Source: Octopus vulgaris
Taxonomy: Eukaryota
Direction: 5' to 3'
Assembly (NCBI GenBank): GCA_951406725.2
Contig: OX597814.1
Coordinates: forward strand, 60,264,001-60,328,000
DNA: 64,000 bases
The stretch's first letter is position 1. The number at the start of each line of letters is the position of its first letter. Made by a program: the position numbers and the translations under genes. This document shows positions 40,500 through 59,638 of this stretch, in pieces. The notes under the pieces were generated by a model that was not told where the DNA came from, searched no databases, and saw only the letters and a program-made list of their open reading frames with translations.

Positions 40500-41890
40500 A
40501 TCATGGATTCAAAAAACTGTACAAAGCCACCATTCTACTTACAAACCTAATGCAGGTAATATATAATGACGTTAACAATAAATAACATCCTACACATACG
40601 ATTCCGCCTACCTTCGATGCCACCAACGCGTTGTTTTTTTTTTTTTTTGCTCCACTAATACAAAAATACGCAATGCCGTCTAAATAAACAGCATAAAATG
40701 CTGCTAAGCTATAGTTGCCACCAAGCCTATGTAGTGTGCAATGCAATACATCCAGAGTCTCCCGTCTCACGAAAGGAATACCACTGGGAACCGGCCCCTC
40801 GGTCATCTTTTTTTTACCTAGACTCACACAATTCCACCCTTTCATAAAGGATACAGTAAGACACATCTGCATATAACATCAATCTCACATCCTGTAATCA
40901 ATCTCCAGACACTCCTGAACTACTATTCCAGCCCTACTCAAATCACCTTCGAGACCTGGTTCTACGATAGTAAGCTTCACAAAATAGCGCCTACCACATC
41001 TACTGTGCCCCTCGTGACAGCAACACCAAAGAACATGAAATAAAACCTTCATTCAATTAACATCATAATTATACCACATACACTCAGACAAAATAAAAAT
41101 ACTGGGAGTTTTGTACAATTCTTTTACAATATTCAAAACACACCTAGGAGATATGGTAAAGAAATAAAAGCGAAGCGTCGCAGATATACATTTAAAGCGA
41201 TCAGAATTAGTAGAATTTAACCAGCAGAAATAACAATTACATACAATGCAATAGATCTATAGTAGACTATACCAGGTTCCCCAGTCTTTCCATTATAGAA
41301 CCACACTAAGCTACAAAAGAATGAACTGTGCATCATAACAGATTGCACAGTAATAATACTACACAACAATGCAGAAATACTGAAACTAAAAGAATAATAC
41401 TTGAACATACAAGTTGTACAATTTTTTAATGCAGCAAGCCTCAGAACCAACAGTCCATCTCCAAACACCCCAAAACATCTACAATACTCCATAGCACTAC
41501 TACAGCAATATCCAGAACCAAAATAAAGCTATTTCTCCCACTCAGCACAGAAAAGTCTAAGAAACGCATACGTGCATAAATAACTGCAGTATCAATGGTG
41601 TCAGTGGACCCAAACACTCTACTGGTAGAGGAACAGTAGATATGCACTCTGAGTGCATCTTGCCAGCTTTCGCTTTAAGCATTACTAGGAGCTACGGTCA
41701 TAATGAAGTAAAGATGCAATATTCCCAAACTGTCGCACGATTCATCGCAGCCAGTTGATATTTACATATTGATCCTCAGATACGTACATCTGTAGGTTGC
41801 AACTAACTGTTTCGCAGACGACCCATGTGTCGTAGAACTGCTAAATCAGAGTTCGTCTTACTTACACAATGATTACAACAAAACAAAAAG
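40500..41890 (+). pseudogene. Heavily decayed LINE RT (I/Jockey group)
   Basis: Collinear remnants KGIPLGT (GVPQGS), KILGVLY (KILGVTFD), LQKNELCIITDC..LHNNAEILKLKE, and an ACA-rich tail. Confidence 0.55.
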
Positions 41891-42396
41891 CAACGGCGGA
41901 GACAAGACTGGCAATAAAAGACTTTTTTTAAATAAACAATATATTAATGGAAACAATACTAATATCGAGAAATGTAGCTTATTTCTCGATAACTGACCGG
42001 AACGCTGGTTTCAGTTCAAAAGTAAACATAAACAGTTAGTTTTAAGAGTAGTACTAAAAGTAGTACAAGGTTTTGACTTATGAAAAACGTTTAATATATA
42101 TTTTTAGTACATTGTGGTTGCCTAGCGAGACACAGTATCTCTACAAGGCATTAATATTTACGTACCAGCTTTCAGGAATACGTTTAATATGTAACATTGG
42201 TATATCCAGTAACATTACACAGTTACATGTAGTGGTATTTAAGCAATCAGTTCGTGGGTGATTAAAGGGTTAGACACATAACCATTTTTATCATATTATT
42301 TGTATATATCTGGCGTCTCGGATACGAAATGTCGCACAAAAATCGGTGGTGGCTATAATTTCTATGAAAAATCTGTAGAGATATCCTTAACACATG

Positions 42397-42477
<81 letters not shown>

Positions 42478-42481
42478 TGTA

Positions 42482-42669
42482 TACGAGATGGTACTGAAAA
42501 GTTCCTGTCTTTAATGGTATGGATTGAAGATCTCAAATTTTCGAGCTCTTTTACATAAAATAGGAAAACTGAAGAACTGCTGCAATAAGTTTGTGAATCA
42601 ATAGGGGAATATGTTGAATAAATAATTAACTGATCGTCAAAGCCAGGGACATCACACTACCCCATTGTA
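42482..42669. mobile_element. Mariner-derived MITE, second copy
   Basis: TACGAGATGGTACTGAAAAGTTCCTG..AAAGCCAGG; interior is the reverse complement of 31311-31527. Confidence 0.7.
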
Positions 42670-42974
42670 TGCCTTCATCCTGCTTCAAAAGCTCAATCAG
42701 CTTTACTGAACGTGTTATGAATGAAAATGGCCTAATAACCAGTCTTTTGGAATCAAACGGTATTCATTTCTCGACCCCGAACGATTGACAGGCAGGATTT
42801 GAACGCACAGCACCGAAACAGATAACGCAAAGTACTCTATTCGAGACACCAATACATCGATACGCCGGCTCATATAGAGATATATTTTATCATATTGAAG
42901 ATAAATATTAGAAAGACAAAGGCAAAATATCAGACAATTAATCATTTATACACCCACCCACCCCACACACACGC

Positions 42975-43027
<53 letters not shown>

Positions 43028-43602
43028 TATATACACATATAAAAAGTAAAAAGTAAAAAGTAAAAGTGTCAAAAGGAAGAATAAGTACGGTTAACCGCTA
43101 CAAACGTTTCGATATACAGATATATATATATATATAAATGTAAATATATCTGTAAATGCATATATAAAAATGTATGTGTATATATATAAATATATATATA
43201 TATATATGTATATGTATATGTACATGTGTATGTGTTTGAGTGCGCGTGTGTGTGGGAGTGTGTATGTGTGTGTGTGCGTAAACTATTGTTTTTGGTTTTC
43301 ATATATTTCTTTTTCTTACTTCCTGCTCTTCCACATTCTCACTCACTATTTTCCTTTCTCTCTCCCCCCCCCCTCTCTCTCTCACTCTCTGCGGATTTGA
43401 TAAATTCCTTTTGACAATCCGACTTGATATCTGAATAGATGTGTAATATCACTTCTGAAAACAAACAGTTTTGTAGCTACTCATTCTTTTTTCTCCAATA
43501 ACATTTTTTGCACAGGTTTTTTTTTTCTTTTTTTCGAGGTTACAAGTAAACGCATTCTGTAAACTAGTCACCACGCATACGCTCCACACACAGACACATA
43601 TA

Positions 43603-43660
<58 letters not shown>

Positions 43661-43777
43661 AGCATATACACGCAAAAAAGGGCAAACATATACACGCCTG
43701 TGCATGCATATGTTTTTATATATGCATATACATACACAGATGCATACACACATCCGTACGCACAAACATACTCAGAT

Positions 43778-43817
<40 letters not shown>

Positions 43818-43847
43818 TATGAATACCTATGTACGTAAGTATTTCTA

Positions 43848-43883
<36 letters not shown>

Positions 43884-44247
43884 AATGCCTGTAATTGCAT
43901 ACTTTTAGACATCCATTTATATAAATTCATAGAATCACTTAAATGAAGTAGACTCTCAGACATGTTATACACCTGAGTGTTTAAATATATGCGTATATAT
44001 AAATAGATATATAGGTATGCGTATGCGAAACTTTTGTCACATAAGTATGGTGGTATATAAGCGTTTACTCCTGTTTACGTACATAACCATACATAAATAC
44101 ATAAATATATATAAATGTGCGTGTGTGTATGTCTATGTACGATTATTCATGCGCGCATACACTTACTAATACTCACACACCAATTCGCATTTGCATGCAT
44201 AAATATATGTACATATATATATATCTGTGTGGGTGTGGAAATATGTG

Positions 44248-44345
<98 letters not shown>

Positions 44346-44361
44346 AACATACATATATATG

Positions 44362-44408
<47 letters not shown>

Positions 44409-45335
44409 ATATATGATACAAAAGCCCGTTAATAAAGATAAATATATTATATATTTTTGTTTCAATTGGTTACTTTTTGATTTCTTTATTTGTTCAAGTT
44501 TATTCTTCTCACGTTTCAGTTCGAAGCGAAACGAAGATCTTTCAGTGTAGCATCTCCTACTGAGACATGGTGTTTCATCGCCTAATTCCGAGCTATGACA
44601 CTGTTGAAATATCTAGGTATTTGGAGTAACACTGTAGATATGATTAAGATAAACGTCAGCTGCAAGTATTGCATGATCATACATCATGTTGACGCATTAA
44701 GGATATATAATTGTACGTATGTATGTATGTATGTATGTATGTATGTATGTATGTATGTATGTATGTATGTATGTATGCATGCTTATATGCATATATGTAT
44801 GTATATATGTATGCATGTACATGTGTGTGTGTGCGTGTGTAAGCATGTATGTATGTGTAGATAGATATGTGTGTGTATGTGTGTATGTATACCTATATAT
44901 GTCTATCAGGCGCATATATACATTATATACATAAATATATTTTGGAGATATAGATACATATTCATTTATATTTTACAAATATAAGTAAAGGTATATATAT
45001 ATAAACATGATACATGAATCTGTATATGTATGGATTGTAACTTTGTTATAAATCATACATAAATATATGCGTACATATGTGTATACGTGTTTAATGTGTA
45101 GATGTGTATGTGTGAAAGGCGCGCGCGCGTGTGTGTGTATGTTGAAATATTACAGAAGAGTTTCCAATATTACAATGGATTTATGATTGATTCTAGTTTC
45201 AGCTCACGAGCTGCGGCCATGCTGGGGCACCGCCATTTGGTGTTGCTACATGGTTTTAGAAGAAAATGTTGCAAAACGTCTGCGTAGCACCTGCAGATTC
45301 TGCATAGGAAATGCATGTCCAAGCTTTATTTCACC

Positions 45336-45367
<32 letters not shown>

Positions 45368-45552
45368 TAGACAGATTGACAGATAGATAGATAGATACTG
45401 ACATGCATGTTAAATGTACTACATAAGTATGTTTTTTTTAATTTCTGTTTGTATTTGAATAAATTTGTAAATTTTTACACGATAAACCTATTTGTATCTT
45501 AGTAGTACTAACATTTTATAAATTCATATATATATATATATATATATATATA

Positions 45553-45715
45553 CGACGGGCTTCTTTTCAGTTTCTGTCTACCAAATCCACTCATAAGGCT
45601 TTGGTCGGCCCGAGACTATAATAGAAGCCACTTGCCCAAGATGCCACGCAGTGGGACTGAACCCGGAACCATGTTGTTGGGAAGTAAGCTTCTTCCCACA
45701 GAGCCACTCCTGCGA
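45553..45715 (-). mobile_element. SINE family B head (tRNA-like, CORE-like block)
   Basis: Minus strand GGAGTGGCTCTGTGG..GGTTCCGGGTTCAGTCCC..CTTGGGCAAGTG; copies at 62070-62200 and 62595-62758. Confidence 0.8.
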
Positions 45716-46059
45716 CTGTACCTTATATTCATAATTTAGGTTAGTTGAAATATGCTTGTCATATAGCTCAACTGCTAAAGGCAAATACACTGCAGTTACG
45801 GAGAAAACTCTCTCTCAGGACAAAAAGGTGTGAAAACACGCAGTTCGTTCAATGTCGCCATCTCACGGGAATCTCAGACATCAATGTTTCGGTGTTTATT
45901 GACTCTTGTCGAAGAGATGTACCTCAGAGAGTCAGCTCTGAATGAACTAAATAAAGCTTGTAGCTTTGTACATAATCCAGCCAACACGGTGACTGATTTG
46001 CGCCAGTAGATCGCCCGATCGAGAAAAATAACGAAGTAATGGCGCAAAGCAGTGTTTAC

Positions 46060-46112
<53 letters not shown>

Positions 46113-46120
<8 letters not shown>

Positions 46121-46866
46121 TCTTATCTTCTTCAAAGTTGGATCCTCTGACGTCAGTGCACTTCTTGTACCGCTCCAGCTACTATTTGAAGACCCTATGG
46201 ACGTCCGCAAAAGTAAAGGTGTGTAGGCCTCTTGGCACAACCTCCTTCAGCTTCTTCAGCTTCAGGAATAACCAAATGTCACAGGGAGCAAATTCTGGAC
46301 TGTAGAAAGGGAAAGAAACATGTGAGACAGATTTAATACCCATCTGTATCGAGTATTTGGTTGCTAGGATAGGATTATGGAATAGTGGAGGTACTCTGGC
46401 TTTTTGCAATGAAATCTCTGCTTGGACTCCCTCAAAATCTCCACAAAGTACTCTTGGTTGACCGTCAGGCCAGAGGAAACTCTGTGAATGTAAATGACGC
46501 TATTGTTGTCAAAAAAGGGGTTCATCATGAAATTTCCTGTGAACTTGCTTTGCTTGGCACCTTGTGTCAACGAAAAGCAGTCTTCAGTACTTCATATGTT
46601 TCTGTATCGTTTAACACAAAACTTTATTGCATTGCGAGCTTCCAAATTCTCTTTATGCTCGGGCTGAATTCTGTAAACTAGTCAGCTGTGACAACCAGTT
46701 TTTTGTAGGGTAGGCATCGAGTGCTGTTAATAGTCGTCTCCTTCAATCTGGAATAAAAAAAAGTTGGGCGGTCAGCTTATTGGATGTATAGTAATGACAT
46801 ACTAAAATTATAATAATCAGCGACAACTATAACTCTACTAAAATTGTCACAAAATACACCTCGTAC
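46113..46866 (-). pseudogene. Mariner transposase remnant with internal deletion
   Basis: FFDNNSVIY..TVNQEYFVEILR..KKPE and YSPEFAPCDIWLFLKLK (YSPDLAP.D); TIR-like end CACCTCGTA. Confidence 0.85.
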
Positions 46867-46949
46867 GTATATACGTTCTAATGCTTGTTTATATGCGTGT
46901 ATATGACTATATGCCCAAATGTGTTTACATGAACTTGTTACAGGCCTAA

Positions 46950-47560
46950 ACTTTTAGGTGATTTGTATATTTTCACAGATTTGTTAAAGTTTGTAATTGT
47001 ATTTTCTTAACTTCGTCGTTTCCTTTCTAGTTTTCTGAACTACAGATTGTTGAGATTATTTCTGAAGTAAACAACTACACATACAAGAACTCTAATAATT
47101 GCAGTAGTAACTACGAATTTCTCCCTTCTTTCGCATGGTTATTTCCTTGCTTATTAATATTTAATATCATATTAACATCTACTAGAAAACTGATATCCTT
47201 TACCGTGCCCAATTCTTTTACTCTATTTCAAATCATTGGATCCGTTCTGTCGAATGTACATTTTTACTGGGTCTTGATGAGAACTCTCCACCAGCAATCT
47301 TTCATATTATGAAAGGTCATGCGTTCCATATTACTGTAGCTTATGTATTTTTATTCTCACGATTTATATTGTGCAATGACTTGGTCATGACAACATTGTG
47401 TCTCATAGATACATGAAACCGAGATGACATTTTCGGGCAGTTACCTTATGATGTTGGTGTTATTCTTAGGATTAATTTCACAGAATGTTTTGGATTTGGT
47501 GTCATATCTATGTGGTTTACCTTCTCCCCCTACCAAATTGCGCATCAGATATTCTGTTGT
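46950..47560 (-). pseudogene. Further R4/Dong-type CCHC + RLE fragment, decayed
   Basis: NCPKMSSRFHVSMRHNVV..WWRVLIKT..DRTDPMI*NR..ISFLVDVNM; absent from the ORF track. Confidence 0.6.
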
Positions 47561-49025
47561 TATTTCTTTTCCTGTTGAACAAAACTAAATCAAAACAAAA
47601 TGCTATATTAAAATAAATAAAACTAATTTTTCACCTCAAGCATCTAGAAGTTTATAATTAAAATCAAAATTTGCGTCTGTTTATATTATATTACATATTA
47701 CTCTGTCAACAGCAAGTCGTTGATATATCGCTTGCTGATTATATCTTTTCTGTTCGTTTGTTCGTCAGTTATGCAGTTTAATCTATTATGCTATACATTA
47801 GAGCTTTGCCTTATTCTATGCAGTCTTTTTCCGTAATTTACTTTTATCACTTCCCATCTTTCTATATATGTACATATATGTATGTGTATGTGTGTGCGCT
47901 AGTGTGTGTGTGTGAATGTGTGTTTGTATGTGTGAGTGTTTGTTGTTATCGGTAAGTTAAATTATTACTCTAGATAATTTATCAAATTATGAAACAAAGC
48001 ATGCAAATTTGTAAGTAAACGGTTTCGATTACAACAAAAACCAATAAAAATTTATATTACAGAATTAATGCTCAGCGATTTTAAATAATTGTTTTAAATA
48101 TGAATTTACAAAATTAATGTTTTGATTATAATTTAAATTAATTAAGGATAAAATGCATATACTTCATTCAGATTTGTTGGCATTAGTTGGGGAAAACAAC
48201 ATATTTCTTAGGAAATGAAAACTAAATAAACCTGGACCAAGGGAAACAACTAAATCTTTTTACAACAAATGTTCCTTGGGAATATCATTCATTATACAAT
48301 GTAAATGCAATGTATATAATAATAGGGTTTATACATTTACTATAGGTCATTTAAACAAACAAACACTGGTTGTTAATGCAAAATTTATAAAATCATCTTT
48401 GGTATTAATTGTATTTTACAATCTGGACATATAATCGAAACAATAATACACTATAATTAGAATAAGGTTTCAAAGAGATTGGCGATTAAGAGTTATCAAT
48501 TATATTAAAACAAAAATGTCTACAGATAGGTTATTAATGTAGAGGTGAAGTAGGATAAGTTTCGCTGTGCAGTTTATTTTTAATGAAATTAAACTCAACA
48601 ATGGACGATTTATTTTTGAAACTATGTATGTATGTAAATTTTATGCCTAGAGGAAATTCTTCGATGGGGTTATTAATGAATCTAAAAGGTGAATGATTCT
48701 ACTGCAGGAAAAATTCACCTTTTGTAATAAATATAATGTTGTATGTAATGTAATTAATACTTGAACTTCAAAGAATTAACTATGAAATAGCAAATGTATT
48801 AAACGCGCTGATATTGAAAGTTTCAACGACTAGGTTTCATTAGAAAGTGAAAATAGCTTCACACTTTCAATTGCAACCAAAATTACAGTGTTCGATTACG
48901 AAACTGATGATGTGTGAATAATGAAAGTAGTGTTTCTCCGAAGTAGTCACATCTGTATCATAATAAAGGAAGTTTCTTAGGCGATCTTTCGTTTTGATTT
49001 GCAGAGCTGTCGTCTGCGTTCGATA

Positions 49026-49428
49026 AATTCCGTAATATTTTTTATTTATTTACTTTTGTTTAAAATCAAAGACAGGAGAAAATGAAAGATGTACGCGCAT
49101 ATGAAATAGACGTGTATGAGAGAGAGAAAGAGAGAGGAAGGGAGAAAGAGAGCGACTGAAAGAATGTGTTGTCATGTATACGTACATACTTCAATACATA
49201 TGCATACATCTCTTTTGTATGTACATGTGCGTGTGTGTGTGTGAGAGAGAGAGAGTGAGTGTACGTGTGTTCTCATGTGTCTATAAATGACACACACACA
49301 CACGCTCACACACTCACACACACGTACACACGCACATGTCCATTTCATATACGCGTTCATGCATTTTTCATTTTTCCTCTCTTTCTCTTTAAAACAAAAG
49401 TAAATAAATAAAAAATGTTACGGAAATT
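49026..49428. mobile_element. MITE-like element with ~90 bp imperfect inverted arms
   Basis: TTCCGTAATATTTTTTATTTATTTACTTTTGTTT versus AAACAAAAGTAAATAAATAAAAAATGTTACGGAA; microsatellite interior. Confidence 0.6.
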
Positions 49429-49659
49429 AACGAACAAAACAGCTGATCCAGATGACAGTTCATTGACAACTTTGTCAGTTATAATGAAACAGCCGCTGCT
49501 TATTAACTATCAACCAAATAAACTATGCTTTTCACTCAACAAATCCTTTTCACAACCAGAATAAACTCGGCATGTACACAGGTCGCACAGTTCAAAACTG
49601 TGATTAGTGAAATGCAGAATTAGGTCGGCTGATCGTGATAATCAAATGTTGATCGCTTC

Positions 49660-50182
49660 TGCTGGTGGTATGGGTTATTTCCCTTGGGTGGTTTAAATAA
49701 AATATTAGTAATATGAAGTAGATAGAAGTATCTGTTGGAAGGGCCCTATTATCGATTTTTTCAACAATCTAAGTATGTCACGAGATTTTCAGGCATGCAT
49801 TTTATTCACATGTCAACTATAAAAGTGATATTGTCTGCAAAAATTAGAAATAGGACACACAAAATATCAATATTCAAATTAATTGAACATAAACAATGAA
49901 ATGGGTTATTTCCCTTGAGTGTTTAAAAATATTGTATCGGTGCTATGGGTTATTTCCCTTGGGTGTTTAAAAAAAATAGTTATAGGAGGTAGATATAAAG
50001 GTCCCTTTCAGGGGCCGTATTATCGATATTTTTCAACAATCTAAGTACGTCACAAGGTATCCAGACATGAGTTCTACTCACGTGTCAAGTTTCATCAAAA
50101 TCAATAAAACGATGTAGGAGGAGTTAGCTAACAACGCCACAAACAAATACACACCGATTTTCCACACACGTGGTATATATAT
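49660..50182 (+). mobile_element. Helitron-like (Lep1-type) non-autonomous element
   Basis: Internal TGGGTTATTTCCCTTG three times; 3' TGTCAAGTTTCATCAAAATC..GGAGGAGTT; related piece at 23610-23720; duplicate at ~55090-55613. Confidence 0.5.
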
Positions 50183-50184
50183 AC

Positions 50185-50288
50185 CGCTCTTAACCACTAC
50201 GCCATAAGCCCGTGAGTGAGTATATGGTGTAATGGATAAGAGCGCGGGCTTCTAACCTCAAGATTCCGAGTTCGATTCCAGGCAGTGA

Positions 50289-50323
<35 letters not shown>

Positions 50324-50350
50324 GTAATAATAATAATAATGATAATAATG

Positions 50351-50387
<37 letters not shown>

Positions 50388-50640
50388 CCTTATCAGACGG
50401 GTAGTCATGATGGGTATACAGAGCTTCGTATATTTACCCCAGTGTCACTTTGATGGCATGCACTGCTCTCTCACTCAATAATAATAATAATATCGAAAAA
50501 TACCTTAGGTATGAGAATCCCTGTTCGAAATTTCCTCAAGATATCTGAGGAAGGCTGGAGTGTATATCAGCCGAAACGTTGTGTTATCAACAAATAAGAT
50601 GAGGACAAATATCCGTCGAATGTAAATAAAGTACATAATG
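50185..50640 (+). mobile_element. tRNA-like head + (TAA)n + hammerhead unit (same family as 11130-12150)
   Basis: A-box TGGTGTAATGG, B-box GAGTTCGATTC, (TAA)n, HHR at 50540-50585; duplicate at 55616-56067. Confidence 0.8.
50540..50585 (+). ncRNA. Minimal type-I hammerhead ribozyme
   Basis: GATAT-CTGAGGA-A-GGCTG-GAGTGTATAT-CAGCC-GAAA-CG-TT-GTGTT; duplicate at 55967-56012. Confidence 0.75.
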
Positions 50641-50935
50641 TCAATAAAACCTTTACAGCTTTATTGTACCGGTATAAATAGCCTTGTTAATCGATAACAG
50701 AGATTATTTTCCGAAGCACCTAATGGCTTTCTACGAGAAAATTCATAGAAATTTAGTTCCAGCGAATTTGTCTCATCTTAGAGACAAAACTTTCAGAATA
50801 TCAAATCATTTTAAAACAATTATATTCCAATTTGTTATAATTTATTCCTCACACATCCACTCTTGTCAATTATATTAGTATGTATCTTCTAACATATATA
50901 TCCTATTACTTTTCATTATTATTGTGATAGAAAAA

Positions 50936-51352
50936 TGGCGGCGTGCTGGCAGAAACGTTAACATGCCGGGCGAAATGCTTAGCAGTATTTCGTCTGTTTT
51001 CATATTCTGAGTTCAAATTCCGCCAAGGTCGACTTTGCCTTTCATCCTTTCGGGGTCGATAAATTAAGTACCAGTTGCGTACTGGGATCGATCTAATCGA
51101 CTGGCACCCTCCCCCAAAATTTCGGGCCTTGTGTCTTGAGTAGAAAGGATTATTAATCTGATAGAATGAGGCGGTAAGCATGCAGAACCGTTAGCTCGCT
51201 GGACAAAATGCTGAGCGATATTTCATCCGTCTTTACGGTCTGAGTTCAATTTCTTCCAGGAAGTTTTACTTTGCCTTTCATCTTCATAAAATGATTATCA
51301 GTCGAGAACTGAGCGATATAATCGATTTACCCACTCCCCCAAAATTTCTGAC
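50936..51352 (+). mobile_element. Two tandem SINE family A copies
   Basis: 50936-51152 is the best-preserved copy; 51168-51352 is degenerate; duplicated at 56363-56780. Confidence 0.85.
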
Positions 51353-51420
51353 CACTATTAATCTGATAGAATATGTATTAAACATAAAGATCGTTACCAT
51401 TAACCACAAAATTATATTCA

Positions 51421-51550
51421 TCCCCACTTAAATGTGGATGTTCTGTTAGAACAGACTATACAACAGGAGATACCTTGAGAGAAACTCTCAAGGCAATATG
51501 AGAGTTCCTCCCATGGTATCTACTACAGAACATCCACGTTTAAGTGGGGA
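51421..51550. mobile_element. 130-bp MITE-like hairpin element
   Basis: TIR TCCCCACTTAAATGTGGATGTTCTGT / ACAGAACATCCACGTTTAAGTGGGGA; internal hairpin CCTTGAGAG-AAA-CTCTCAAGG; duplicate at 56848-56977. Confidence 0.65.
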
Positions 51551-51559
51551 CAAATATTG

Positions 51560-52065
51560 GCTTAAAATTTTGGCGAGAGGCCAGCAATTGGGGAGGGTAT
51601 GTAAGTCGATTACATCGACTCCAGAGATCAACTAATACTTATTTTATTGAGCCTGATAGGATGAAATGCAAGGTCGACCTCGGTGGAATTTGATCTCAGA
51701 AAGTAAGGACGGGCAAAATGTGGCTAACGATTTTGCTAGCTCATCTACTTCTCAGTGTTAATCCTACCTTTGTCACTAATATATATTTTTAACAAAATTA
51801 TATTTCCACGAACACAGTTCATTTTTTCTGTCATTCAACTTTCCATTTTTGTAATAATTATTTTTAATTTAGGCACGAGGCTCACAGCTTGGAGAGGTGG
51901 AGGTGAGTTGATACCATCGAACACAGTATTTGAATGGAACTTTATTTTGTCCACCACGAAGGGATGGAATGCAAAGTTGACAACGGCAGAATTTAAAACC
52001 GAGAACAGAGCCGGAAAAACTACAGCGATGAATTTCTTCCAACTCTCTAACAATTCTGCCAACTC
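51560..52065 (-). mobile_element. Two reverse-oriented SINE family A copies (51560-51740, 51865-52065)
   Basis: GGATGAAATGCAAGGTCGACCTCGGTGGAATTTGA and a related degenerate copy. Confidence 0.7.
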
Positions 52066-52875
52066 ACAACCATTTTTGTAATAAAACATGGAGATTATAT
52101 AAAATACCAACAGATAAACCCAGATCTTCGATTTTATGCTTTTATATAATTATCTAAACTTAGATTCAATTATTGTCCACCATTCTTATTTTTATTTAAT
52201 TACTAAATTTATAACTTACAAATTCCTATGAAACCATCAATTTATTAAGCTTCATTAAATTCACGTTACTGTAGTAAATTCGATTACAACTTGTTTTTTT
52301 ACTGCCTGTAATTAAACTGATTACATGTTCTTACACCCTGCATTCGTTTCAAATTATACATCTTTTACACCTACACATTCAAACTCCTAATCTTTTATTT
52401 AAATTTCAACTTTCTTGTTTACTATCTCTATTTTAATCCACTTAAATATTACATTATACTTTTCTTGTCTAGATTACATTTAAATGTATTCACTTTCAAA
52501 CTTTCTTTTACTTTGATAACGTGTTTTGTTTATATTATTTTATTGTATAATGCCATTGTCTCAACATATACGAAAATTCTCTAAGTAACATGTAATTTAA
52601 ACGCAAACATTTTACTGATATAATCCAAATCTGTAAAATATATTCATATTTTAAAATATTTTTTTACATTAAAATATCAGCATTACATTAACGTACATCA
52701 AAGTGCTATATATATAATAACATGTAATTTATACACATGCATTATTCTTTATAACACAATTCTGTAAAAGATAATGATATTTTCTGATATGCATGTTTTA
52801 TATTCAACTTGTTGTACACTTCGGCAAATATACTGTAATCTGCATATGCCCTTATTCAAAGTTGTGACTTCCTTC

Positions 52876-53234
<359 letters not shown>

Positions 53235-54131
53235 TTTCACATTAATGTTGCCTTATAACCTTACAATTATTTATATTTTAGCTTCTATTCCGATATTTTC
53301 GGGGTTTTTTAATATTTTATGTCAATTTGATATCATATGCTCTCTGTACGGTTTTTCTTTTCTTTGGAGTTTTGATTAAACATTAAGTTCGTTTCAACGT
53401 GCACTAGAATGCTCTCGGTGACAACTTGCACTTTACATACATGCATACATACTATTGATTTGTCTCAAATTTGTAACAGCCAGTCTTATTTTATGTAGGT
53501 TTTGTGATATTTCTTTAATAAAAATATGACTCAAAATAAAACCAATTCGATTTTTACCTGTATAATATTCTAAACTTTTATGCCACTATATATAAAGATT
53601 TTCAAATTAAAATATTTCAAAATACCACCTTCTTATTATCAAACACTGATCACCAGAAAGACTTACTCTCGCCGTAATGCTTATATACATGTCCGTACAT
53701 TTTGGAAATCTGATGTCTACTGTTCATATCAATTTAATTTTACAAAATAAAATAATATTTCTTTCCATTTGGTAATAAATTCGACATGTTACTGGGAATT
53801 TTTCTTTTTTCTTTCAACAGAATTCACAACTAATCGTTAAACTGCCGAATACTTGCTCTAAATATAGTTTATTTGCTTTTCTTTATATATATATATCTTC
53901 ATTATATTATATAAATACTTCTCAATATAATTTTTATGAAAGCAACCAAATATTGTTTTCTTCAAGTGACCTGTGTTAAATGAATAAATTCCATAAAAAA
54001 TATAAAAGCATGTATGTATGTATGTATGTATGTATATAGATAGATATAGATATATATGCATATATATACATATATATATATATATTGTGTGTGCGTGTGT
54101 GTATATATATATGTATACATATATATATGTA

Positions 54132-54180
<49 letters not shown>

Positions 54181-54482
54181 ATATGAATTTAAAGTAGACA
54201 TCAGATTTCCAAAATACGGTTTCTGGTAAGAATGTATATAAACATTACGGCTGTAGGTAGTAAATCTTTCTGGTGATCAGATGTTTATTAATAGAAAGGT
54301 GGTCATTTTGAAATAGTCTATCTCGGTAATTTGAAAATCTTTATATATAGTTAATAAAGAATATTATACAGGTAAAAATCGTTGGTTTTATTTTGAGTCA
54401 TATTTTATTAAAAAATATCTACAAAACCTACATAAAATAAAACATGTAATTTAAATTTGAACAAATCAATAGTATGTATGCA

Positions 54483-54582
54483 NNNNNNNNNNNNNNNNNN
54501 NNNNNNNNNNNNNNNNNNNNNNNNNNNNNNNNNNNNNNNNNNNNNNNNNNNNNNNNNNNNNNNNNNNNNNNNNNNNNNNNNN
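54483..54582. other. Assembly gap (100 N)
   Basis: Direct read. Confidence 1.

Positions 54583-59638
<5,056 letters not shown>

Noticed and set aside
49671-49962. CRISPR-like spaced repeats TGGGTTATTTCCCTTG
   Set aside because: Irregular spacing, spacers related to each other, eukaryotic TE context and no cas genes
50223-50292. tRNA gene
   Set aside because: Has A/B boxes and an anticodon-like arm but no proper acceptor stem; anticodon differs between copies; embedded in a repeat
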